A stretch of DNA of 63,818 bases, counting the filler, from Octopus bimaculoides (taxonomy: Eukaryota), in assembly GCF_001194135.2 (NCBI RefSeq). It is 6 parts of 6 records of this genome, joined end to end, with 100 filler letters (N's around TTAATTAATTAA, not from the genome) between each part and the next. Parts side by side here need not be neighbours in the genome. Positions count along the whole stretch, not along the records: positions 51,323 to 61,000 come from NC_068985.1; positions 61,101 to 62,694 come from NC_068982.1; positions 62,795 to 63,818 come from NW_026340900.1; 3 more parts are not named here. One strand, given 5' to 3'. Position 1 is the first letter of the stretch. Every line of letters starts with the position of its first letter. The notes beneath the pieces are model-generated. The model saw nothing but the letters and a program-made list of their open reading frames with translations, searched no databases and was not told the origin of the DNA. Shown here one piece after another: positions 54,244-63,818 of this stretch. The translations under genes were made by a program, and so were the position numbers.

Positions 54244-55149
54244 CGGTCATACAACTGAGAACATAATCATGATACAATAATACAAACCAGAAATTTGCTG
54301 CTCATCTGAAATTTCTTCAGCACCCATGTCAGTTTCACTTAATTACTATTTCTGGTCAGCTTCCCTTCAACAATAAATAGCAGAATGACATAAAGAGCAT
54401 ATACAGATGTATCACATACAGAAATAATGTTTGTCGATCTAACTGACAGTTCCTTTGTCTACCAACTTCCACAGCCTAAGCATTAGTCAATCAGAGGCCA
54501 TAACAGAAGATTTAGTGCTTTAGAATCAAACCTGCTACTACATGGCAAGTACCATCATTATCATCATCCCACTTTTCTAAGCTTGCATGAGTTGGATGAA
54601 ACTTGCTGAGGCAGATTTTCTAGTTGGGCACCCTTCCTCTTACCATCTATCACCTGTTCCCAAGTAAAATAACATTTCCCGATGTCCAGTTAAAAGGATT
54701 CCTTAAGAATTGAGGGACATCAGGGTGTAGAATGCCACCAATTGGCTGGATAAAGTCACACAGAGCAAACAGCAAAATAGTCCATCAACATAGACACCAA
54801 TTATACAAACTGGATGCTGCTGTGTAGTAATTCTCGATTCCAGTTATTTACCAACAATAGGGGAACTCTTGGTTTGGCACAAGTATAATAAATAATCCTT
54901 TCAGCTATAGGCACAAGACTTGAAATTTGGGGTAGAGACTAGCCAGTTACAGTAACTCCAGTGAGTAACTAGCACTTATTTATCAACTTTGAAAAGATGA
55001 CCGGCAAATCAACCTCAGCGGAATTTGAACTCAGAATGTAAAGATAGATAAAATTCTGCTAAGCATTCTACCCAGGATTCTAACAATTCTGCCAGTTCTT
55101 CACTGAAGTATAATTGGCCCTGTTAAGAATACCTCTGATGCGTCAAGTG

Positions 55150-55617
55150 ATATGATATGCCCAAGAAGACCTGTTGAGTCAAGTAAAACCAATATCGTAG
55201 CTGTGGCCAGTGCCCTCTGACTGGTTCCCGTGCTGGTGGCACATAAAAACCACCATCCAAACATGGTCAATTCCAGGTCTGACTGACTGGCTCCCATGCC
55301 AGTAGCACATAAAAAGCACCAGCTGACTGTGGCAAATGCCAGTACCCACTGACTGGCTCTTGTGCTGGTGGCACGTAAAAAGCACCATCCAAATGTGATC
55401 GATGCCAGGCCCACTTGACTGGCTCCTGTGCCAGTGGCTCGTAAAAAACACCCACTACACTCTCGGAGTGGTTGGTGTCAGGAAGGGCATCCAACTGTAG
55501 AAACATTGCCAGATCAGATTGGAGCCTGGTGCAGCTGCTGGCTCTCCAGACCTCAGTCAAACTGTCCAACCCATGCCAGCATGGAAAATGGACGTTAAAC
55601 AATGATGATGATGATGT
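55150..55617 (+). mobile_element. SINE-like element with an RTE-type 3' tail and internal tandem repeats
   Basis: Tail ggaagggcatccaactgtagaaac..ccaacccatgccagcatggaaaatggacgttaaac(gat)n; four ~65-bp units at 55218-55453. Related tails at 23695-23770, 35270-35460 (-), 54555-54700 (-). Confidence 0.72.
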
Positions 55618-55859
55618 AATCTATTATGACTACATTAAATAAAGATTTCTAGTGAAACAATTGTTGCAAATTTAAACATCTATTATTTATTATGTTTATA
55701 ATAAACGTATATAATTAGTTGTCAAAACTTGCTTAATCCCACAGGTACAGACGGTTATTTGATAGACACAAATTAAGGGTTTCATGCAGCTGTGAGTCTA
55801 GCGTAAAAAAGATTTTAGTGGCTGCCCCTAAACCCAGCTTAGAGGCAAGAAGCTCGTAT

Positions 55860-56260
55860 AGGGTTAACAGTGAGTGCCCTGTAGGTGGTCAGTGCAACTC
55901 CATGGCTGTGCTCTATGAAGCAAAGGTGGTGTATGGCTGTAACAGCAGCAATGACAGCAGCAGCACCAACAATTTAAGGACACATACACAGAAATACACA
56001 GCTGGAGCAATGGAGAGCCATTTTAAACTGCAACTGAATAACCATAGGTCCTCTTTTAGAATCCCAGAGAGGTGGAAGGTTACATCTTTGCCAACTGCAT
56101 ATGGTGTTTAAAAGAAGGAATGCCATACAGAATTAAATGGAAGCTCCTGCAACAGCCAGGACTATACTTCAATGGGAATTGCTGATGCAAACTTTGCAAG
56201 GCCAAGAGGGTAAGTATCCTAAAATGTTTTATTGATCCAGTTTTTGAATTCAAAAAGTGA
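55860..56260 (+). mobile_element. Penelope-like GIY-YIG endonuclease fragment
   Basis: ECPVGGQC..VLYEAKV..KY.AG..FKLQLNNHRSSF..TSL..IKWKLL..CKLC. Confidence 0.75.
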
Positions 56261-56486
56261 AATGTCTAGTCAGTGCCCTCATGATAAAAAATTTATGTTA
56301 GAAATGCGGGCCTCCCTGCCTGCTGACTAGTGAACTGAAACCGTACATAAATTGTCGCTTTTCAGACACAACTGGAACCATTCAAAGGAAGATAACTTTG
56401 TCTTTCCCAGAAAGGGTTTTCACCAAGAAGAATTTCATTTCAGAGGTCTTTTCTCACCATCAAGCTTATTAAGACTGTATTCTTAC

Positions 56487-56494
56487 CTCCATTA
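56487..56494 (-). CDS. Candidate 8-nt microexon TAATGGAG
   Basis: Minus strand tttcacattttttattgctcttaccacataacctctttag|TAATGGAG|gtaaga: an AG-free pyrimidine tract and a strong donor. It converts phase 2 to phase 1. Confidence 0.35.
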
Positions 56495-56738
56495 CTAAAG
56501 AGGTTATGTGGTAAGAGCAATAAAAAATGTGAAACCAACTGATAACTTTCTGACCAACCATGGCTACCGAATAAGTGTCACATATTTTTACAGATAAATT
56601 CCTCTATTTACATAATATCAAGGTCTCTTTCTTTTGTTGTCCTTCCTATCAATATATATATATATATATATATAGATCAGTCACTCAGCTGTAATCATAT
56701 TAAAATCAATCATAACTGCAATACAAACAGAAACTTAC

Positions 56739-56795
56739 TTTATATCTTCAGCTCCTGCTTCACTTTTAGATGCTTCCTTTTCCTTGTCATCTTCC
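56739..56795 (-). CDS. DNAI2: DNAI2-like exon (57 nt, phase 2-2), acidic tail
   Basis: Acceptor ctgctttctattcttaaag, donor AA|gtaagt. The phase fits the previous exon and gives (T)EDDKEKEASKSEAGAEDI, an acidic low-complexity tail as expected for dynein intermediate chains. Confidence 0.6.
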
Positions 56796-57091
56796 CTTTA
56801 AGAATAGAAAGCAGATAATAATAAGTTGTGGAGCTATTTAAGGCATAAAGTAATGATGCTGTCTAACAAGCTCACCTACAAGATATAAATATAACAGAAA
56901 TGTTACCATAGTAATGGATAAGTAAGAACTAGTAAATAATGGTCACTAAAGGAATGAATAATGCAGAATGAGAAGAAAGTGAGTGAGATTACTGAGTCCT
57001 TCCTAAGCAATAATACAGACTGTGTGAGAGAGAGAGAGATACATAGACAGATAGGCAGACAGACAGGCAGTAGATAGAAAGATAGACAGAC

Positions 57092-57130
<39 letters not shown>

Positions 57131-57901
57131 CAGATAGACAGGTGGTAGATAGATAGATAGATAGATAGATAGACAAAGAGATAGATAGATAAACAGAGAG
57201 GCATACAAACAGGCAGATGGACAGATAAATGATGAACACATGGATGGATAGATGCATGGATAGAGACAGACACAGTACTATTAATATATAAGGATGGAGC
57301 AATTTGACAAGAAACGTTCATTACAGATGAATAAATTTCATAGTTAGACAATACTATTACAGATATCCCATATACTGTTAAAGATATCCCATACGGAGAT
57401 ATGGGAGAAGACAAACTGCCCGCTGATATTCAGTGGTATATCATTAAGGATGCAATCTTTGTTTTCAATTCTGGCTTAGGGCCAACGATTTCAGTGGGAG
57501 GTGTTGAGTCGATTACATCGACCCCAGTGCTCAGCTGGTACTTATTTTATCGACCCTAAAAGAATGACAGGCAAAGTTGACCCTGATGGAATTTGGACAT
57601 GAATGTAAAGGCACAAAGCATTTTGCCTGGCATGTTAATGATGCTGTCAGCTCAATGCCTTATAATCTTGAACAATTATTGTGAATATAAATAAATAATC
57701 TGTCGGATTAGAGATGGCTCAGTAGCAAGTTATGATAAATTAACTATAGTAACATAAGTATGATGGTGACTTAAATTGATGGTTTAATTTTATAATAATA
57801 TAATTTTTATAACTCAGTGATTCTGGGAAAGTGTTGAGTTGAATTCATCAACTCCAGTGCTCAACTGGTACTTATTTTATTGACCCTGAAAGGGTCAAGT
57901 T

Positions 57902-58347
57902 ATACTCTTTTACTCTTTACTCTTTTACTCTTTACTCTCTTACTCTTTTACTTGTTTCAGTCATTTGACTGCGGCCATGCTGGGGCATCGCCTTTTTAGT
58001 CGAGCAAATCGACCCCAGGACTTATTCTTTGTAAGCCTAGTACTTATTCTATCGGTTTCTTTTTGCCAAACCGCTAAGTTACGGGGATGTAAACACACCA
58101 GCCTCGGTTATCAAGCGAAGTTGGGGGGACAAACACAGGCACACAAACATATACACACAAATATATATATATACATATATACAACGGGCTTCTTTCAGTT
58201 TCCGTCTACCAAATCCACTCACAAGGCTTTGGTCAGCCCGAGGCTATAGTAGAAGACACTTGCCCAAGGTGCCACACAGTGGGACTGAACCCAGAACCAT
58301 GTGGTTGGTAAGCAAGCTACTTACCATACAGCCACTCCTGCGCCTAT
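57902..58347 (-). mobile_element. Full-length tRNA-derived SINE (family C) with a (AAGAGTA)n-type tail
   Basis: Head aggagtggctgtatggtaag..gggttcagtcccac. Other copies or fragments at 4984-5160, 6187-6300, 16190-16385, 40198-40485, 47552-48030, 58990-59150. Confidence 0.88.
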
Positions 58348-58673
58348 AAATTAACTATAGTAACATAACTATAACGGTGANNNNNNNNNNCCTGCGCCTA
58401 TAAATTAACTATAGTAACATAAGTATAACGGTGACTTAAATTGATGGTTTAATTTTATAATAAAATAATTTTTATAACCCAGTGATTCTGGGAAAGTGTT
58501 GAGTTGAATTCATCGGCCCCAGTGCACAACTGGTACTTATTTTATTGACCCTGAAAGGATGAAAGGTGAAGTCAAACTCAGCAGAATTTGAACCCAGAAC
58601 ATAAAGAGCCGGAAGAAATGCTGCTAAGCATTCTTCCCCCCATACTAACAATTCTGCCAGCTCACCACCATAA

Positions 58674-58893
58674 CCCTTTAGCATTTAAGCCAGCCATATT
58701 AGGCCCAAATATTCTACCTGGTTCATGTTAAAAATGGCCTGATCTGGTCTCTTACATCTACCCTACAATGTCATTCTAATAACATATAATCATATCACTG
58801 AAATCTCAAAGCTACAAGATGGTGTATGCTTAATTCAAAACATTGTGAATAAATAAGCATTACATTTGACAGAACAATCTGAATGCTTAAAGG
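58674..58893. mobile_element. piggyBac-type MITE (~220 bp)
   Basis: Ends ccctttagcattta ... tgaatgcttaaagg, flanked by ATAA/TTAA (TTAA TSD with one mutation). Confidence 0.72.
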
Positions 58894-59337
58894 TTAATGG
58901 AAGATGCAATATTAAAGTCTGAATACATTGTTTGAAATGAAAACCTTGAAAACATCCTCCAATCACAGTCTTCTCTCTTTCAAGAATACACAATAAGTGT
59001 GGTTAAGAAGTTTGCCACACAACCATGTGGTTTCAGGTTCAGTCCCATCGCATGGCACTTTGGGCGTGAATCTTCTACTATAGCTCAGGGTTGACCAATA
59101 CATTGCAAGTGGATTTGATAAAAAAAAAAACTATGTGGAAGCCCATTATGTATGTGTATGGGTTTGGTGGTGTTGATGGTGACGGTGGTCTCATTTCTTT
59201 TGTGACAGTCCAGTGTCCAGGAGGCATAATTAGACATATGATGATGATGATGATGGTAGTGATTATGATGATGCCAATGACAAGAATGATGATGATAATG
59301 ACAATGATGATCATGATGACAACAATGACGACATCAA

Positions 59338-59567
59338 GGCGGCGAGCTGGTAGAAACGTTAGCGCGCCGGGCGAAATGCTTAGCGGCATTTCGTCTGCCG
59401 CTACGTTCTGAGTTCAAATTCCGCCGAGGTCGACTTTGCCTTTCATCCTTTCGAGGTCGATTAAATAAGTACCAGTTACGCACTGGGGTCGATGTAATCG
59501 ACTTAATCCGTTTGTCTGTCCTTGTTTGTCCCCTCTGTGTGTAGCCCCCTGTGGGTAGTAAAGAAAT
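59338..59567 (+). mobile_element. Young full-length family A SINE with 17-bp TSD
   Basis: TSD aacaatgacgacatcaa at 59321-59337 and 59568-59584; CpGs intact. Confidence 0.92.
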
Positions 59568-59613
59568 AACAATGACGACATCAATGATGATGATGAGATG
59601 GTTAAACACTTAC

Positions 59614-59747
59614 GTCGTAGATGGATCCTTTTTGCCAGACTGGGGCGAAGAAGCGCTTGGTTTCTTTCCTTTGTTAACATTATCCCAGAATTCTGAAGTG
59701 GCTTCCTTCACCTTTTTAGCACTTGGAGGTTTTTGATTTTCTTCATT
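59614..59747 (-). CDS. DNAI2: Next DNAI2-like exon (134 nt, phase 0-2); if unspliced it reads on to TAA at 59610-59612
   Basis: Acceptor atccttttttcctaaag. Translation NEENQKPPSAKKVKEATSEFWDNVNKGKKPSASSPQSGKKDPST is in frame with the upstream exon, and KKVKEATSEFW resembles the DNAI2 ...KAEEEFF... segment. Donor AC|gtaagt. Confidence 0.75.
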
Positions 59748-60117
59748 CTTTAGGAAAAAAAGGATATTACAGAAATATATATAAAAACAAACAAACAAAC
59801 AAAAAGGAAGGAAGGAATAACGGAAGGAAAAAGAAAGAATGAAATAAAGAAAGAATGAAAAAGAAGGTAAGAAAGACTTCCCCACCTCTCAAAACGTTGC
59901 TGGCCTTGTGCTCAAATTAGAAAGAAATATTTTAATCCTGACAATGTTTTTTTCTCTTAATTTGTACTTAGGATTCAGTATTTTATTTCTCAGAAAAATC
60001 ACAACCCCAATCCACCTGTAAAAACCCAGAATCCTCGACAGAGCCCCTTTCATATTTATTGCATGTGCACCCCTTCCTTGAGAGAGATAATAATGTCTCC
60101 CACCCAAGTTAATATCT

Positions 60118-60262
60118 TATTTCTTTATTGCCCACAAGGGGCTAAACATAGAAGAGACAAACAAGGACAGACAAAGGGATTAAGTCGATTACATCGACCC
60201 CAGTGCGTAACTGGTACTTAATTTATCGACCCCAAAAGGATGAAAGGCAAAGTCGACCTTGG
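60118..60262 (-). mobile_element. 5'-truncated family A SINE with 12-bp TSD
   Basis: TSD aagttaatatct at 60106-60117 and 60266-60277. Confidence 0.9.
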
Positions 60263-60822
60263 AAAAAGTTAATATCTATTCATCTGTAAGGCAGCAAGCT
60301 GGCAGAATCATTACCACGCCAGGCTAAAAGCTTTCTGTCCATCCTTACGTTCTGAGTTCAAATTCCGCCAAGGTCAACTTTGCCTTTCATCCTTTCAGGG
60401 TTGATGAAATAAGTATCAGCTGTGTACTGGGGTTGATGTAATCGAGTGACTCCCTCCCCTGAACTTGCTGGCCTCGTGTGCCAAAATTTGAGACTCAGAT
60501 CTACTCATCTAGTGTAACATATCAGTTGTGCCTTCTATGTTAAGCCAATAAGGCGGTGTGAGACTTGCTTAAGAACATTCAAGTAACTGCAGCGCATAGT
60601 TATCTTACTGAGCAAGGAGAGTGGCATGTCTTGTTTAAGGAAAATATGTTAGATGTGTCTACTTTTGAAGCTTTGCCTATGGACATAATAGACATAATGG
60701 ACATAACTGGACGTACCTTTAAAAGGATTTGAACCCAAGAACTGAGGCACCATAAGGTGACTCACCTACACTACAACTGATTCACCTACAGCACAACAGT
60801 ACTGCAGTAAAATGATACTCAC

Positions 60823-60924
60823 GGGTGGTTGACGTATTGACATCTTAGTCAGTTTCACTCTCAGTTTATGCTCCCTGAGACGTGCTTCCAGAACCTTCTC
60901 TCGTTTTGTTTCTCGTTCAAAAAT
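60823..60924 (-). CDS. DNAI2: Internal coding exon (102 nt, phase 0-0) of an axonemal dynein intermediate chain 2-like gene
   Basis: On the minus strand, acceptor ctttcctgtttgttggcag and donor CCC|gtgagt flank IFERETKREKVLEARLREHKLRVKLTKMSIRQPP. This matches the recalled DNAI2 C-terminal motif (M)[21 protein letters not shown]. Confidence 0.85.
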
Positions 60925-61100
60925 CTGCCAACAAACAGGAAAGAATGAAAGATGAGTGAATATATGTAATCTGGTAATATGTGAACACACACACACACAC
61001 NNNNNNNNNNNNNNNNNNNNNNNNNNNNNNNNNNNNNNNNNNNNTTAATTAATTAANNNNNNNNNNNNNNNNNNNNNNNNNNNNNNNNNNNNNNNNNNNN

Positions 61101-61510
61101 TGAACAACTATTTCATGTTCGATACAGCTTACTATCGACAAAAATGTGGAATTGCAATGGGAACCCGAGCTGCGACTGTGATTGCGAACCTTGTAATGGG
61201 TTACCCAGAGCTTTACTATTTAAAGGAGAGCTGGAAGAGATATTTGGGCAATTGCTTTATACTTTGGAAAGATAGCATGGACAAACTCCTCGATTTCAAA
61301 ATAATGCTTAACAATATTAATAACAACATACAATTCACCATGGAACACAGCAGTAAACAACTCCCTTTTCTTGACATCCTAATTAAAATAGTCAATAACC
61401 ACATAGAAACATACATCTATAAACCCACAGATTCTAAACAATACCTATTATTCAACTCATGCGACCCCAAACACATATAAATAAATATACCTTATAATCT
61501 AGCGAAAAGA
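61101..61510 (+). mobile_element. Penelope-like element reverse transcriptase fragment
   Basis: GIAMGT, WKRY(LGN)CF (degenerate YxDD), IQFTMEH..LPFLD, KPTDSKQYL..S.(H)PKH. Confidence 0.88.
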
Positions 61511-61943
61511 GAGAAAGAGAAGAATGGTCACTGTCAGTGAACAACCTCCCTCCATGAATCCTGTGTAGAGAATGTCATGAATTATTTCAAGCAAATTTGG
61601 ATATCCAAAGTCATCTTCGGGGCCATCTTAAAAGAAGAGGAAATAAAAATAACTGACGTAGAGGAGACAAGTTGTGAGATTGAAAGAATCCATATGTAGA
61701 AATTCTATTGTTTTGTATGATTATTGGGGAAAGAGGTCACAAGTATTTGTAGGGCTTCGGGATAAAGTGCTTTACGGTATTTCTTCCAGGTCTTTGTGTT
61801 CTGAATTCAAATCATGTAAAGGTCAATTTAGTCTTTTAAATCACTGGGATCAATAAAATAAGTTTTGTTTGCACTCTCGGGTTCATGTATTCGACTAACG
61901 AAATCCCTCTAAAATTACTAACACTGCACCAATATTTGAATCC

Positions 61944-61945
<2 letters not shown>

Positions 61946-62003
<58 letters not shown>

Positions 62004-62028
62004 GTTGTTGTTGTTGTTGTTGTTGTTA
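61946..62028. repeat. (ATT)n(GTT)n microsatellite
   Basis: Directly visible. Confidence 0.97.
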
Positions 62029-62029
62029 T

Positions 62030-62490
62030 TTTATGTTTGACTTTTGCTTTGCATTTGTACAAGCTGGCTCCATGTCTCACCCAGAGACCTCAAGAGACAA
62101 GTTAGAAGTTCAAGTTGGTGTTATATCTAGGGTGTCATATATTTGGTTTTGTACATAGTGTTGTTCTAGAGAATATTTAAGAAAACATAAGAAAATTTTG
62201 TTTTAAAATTTGAGATTACATAGACAGTATTTTACGTAGGATATGGGCAGTTCCCATGAGCATTATCTTTTGAATTTCTGCCATTTTGGGGTTTCCTGGT
62301 ATCTCAGCTAGGTAGCAATCAACCCGTTTTGCTATCATTCCTAGGGACCCTATGACAACGGGTATTGTTTTAATCTTGAGGTTCCACATTTGCCAATTTC
62401 TATTTCAAGATCTTTATACTTGCCCAGTCATATCAATGAGAAGGCATGTTTTTGTCTGAAGTATTTCAATATAATGTCTGGTCTTTATTA
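62030..62490 (-). mobile_element. 5'-truncated R4/Dong-like LINE 3' end within (TAA)n
   Basis: RPDIIL..KYKDLEIEI..WNLKIKTIPVVIGSLG..IQKIMLMGTAHILRKILSM*; (ATT)n on both sides. Confidence 0.88.
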
Positions 62491-63224
62491 TTATTATTAT
62501 TATTCTTTTGGCTTTGCATGAATCTATGCGAGTTATACCCAAGTTTCAACCAAACACTTTAAAAGACAAGATTTAGCATATACAGATACTAATTGGCGAG
62601 GTGCCATGCAATTGAAAATTCTGATGTCCCCGGTCTTAAAAGAAATCTTTTAATAAAATTTCTAACACTGAATAAATAAGCTTGCATTTATATANNNNNN
62701 NNNNNNNNNNNNNNNNNNNNNNNNNNNNNNNNNNNNNNTTAATTAATTAANNNNNNNNNNNNNNNNNNNNNNNNNNNNNNNNNNNNNNNNNNNNCAGACT
62801 CTCCAAGATGTATTTCAAAACATGTGTAGAAGAGTCAACTTATAAATTGAATATGAAGGACGACACTTTCAACACCTCTCATAAAGTTTTTATAGTCTTG
62901 TAAAGTCTAATATATTCTTTTGTAGTCTTATAGCATCTTATAAATATTTATTTTGCAATAAAATACTTACTGCGGAGAGACTTTCTGAACACCATGTATA
63001 TATAGATTAAAACAGAAATGTGGAGGCAGACGGTTTGGCTAAATTTGACAAGGACATCTAATTTGGCTATATAATAAAAAGGTGTATATAGTCTCTAACA
63101 GCTGTTTCTAGAACATCCCAGCTATTGGAACTTCATGCCGAGTGAGGATTCTATAGGCCGAGTATTCCGTCATTGGAGACGGATGGATTAAGCAGATGCA
63201 ACAGTGGAGGAACATTATTCATCA

Positions 63225-63440
63225 ACTCCTTTTATCACAAAAGATGAACTAAAGGTAAGGATTATGGCAGCATTCACCAACTTCAACAAGGAGACCGTCC
63301 AGAAGAGTTGCAGGAGATTCTGAAGTCGTCTGGAGGCCATGGTAGAAGCCAATGGTGGTTTTATTGAATAAATTTACTCTTTAGTATTTCAAGATATTTT
63401 TATGTAATTTTGGTAAAATATATCTGTTAAAATGAGATAT
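63225..63440 (+). mobile_element. Tc1/mariner transposase C-terminal remnant
   Basis: KDELKVRIMAAF..VQKSCRRF*SRLEAMVEANGGFIE*. Confidence 0.75.
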
Positions 63441-63544
63441 CAGTGCTATTTTCATTTTTGCGTAATTTAGACGACAATTTAGTCACCGGACCCAATGCAT
63501 ACATACATACATACATACATACATACATACATACATACATACAT

Positions 63545-63586
<42 letters not shown>

Positions 63587-63818
63587 TTATTAATGAGGGT
63601 AGAAATTGATATTAATCAATTAAAACCAGTGGTCTAGCATATTAAAAAAATCCGAAGATTAAAATTGTATTACATACAAAACTAAGAGGAATATACTGAA
63701 TTTCTATTACTAGGGAACAATCGATCCAATGCCATAGAAAATGGCTCAACCTCAATATGCAGTACAGTAGGATTGAACCACAGTACTCATAGTTGCCAAT
63801 TGAAATTCTTAACTATTC

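Noticed and set aside
55218-55453. Repeat-spacer-like array resembling CRISPR
   Set aside because: Eukaryotic DNA, the units are degenerate along their whole length, they lie inside a SINE, and there are no cas genes.

Overview
AT-rich, gap-ridden animal genomic DNA dominated by microsatellites and decayed transposons. The SINE families and repeat landscape look like an octopus (coleoid cephalopod) draft assembly; this is inferred from recognised repeat sequences, not a database search. One host gene is recognisable: the 3' end of a minus-strand axonemal dynein intermediate chain 2 (DNAI2)-like gene. Its exons are 60823-60924, 59614-59747, 56739-56795, a candidate 8-nt microexon at 56487-56494 and a candidate terminal exon from 53461, all in a CpG-depleted domain. 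A second, unidentified minus-strand transcription unit may start near 39.6 kb. Mobile DNA includes several tRNA-derived SINE families, R4/Dong-type RLE LINE fragments (two embedded in TAA repeats), RTE and Penelope-like fragments, a decayed FLYWCH-MULE transposon with TIRs, Helitron/Helentron non-autonomous elements, a piggyBac-type MITE and a Tc1/mariner remnant. The most unusual signals are: (1) short inverted-arm elements carrying minimal type I hammerhead-ribozyme folds that share a non-canonical CCGAUGA core; (2) a ~129-bp inverted repeat that would loop out a perfect zero-length-exon (AG|GTAAGT) site; (3) a frame-switching microexon plus an inverted SINE pair around a DNAI2 exon. Most long ORFs in the supplied track are artefacts of N-gaps or simple repeats.
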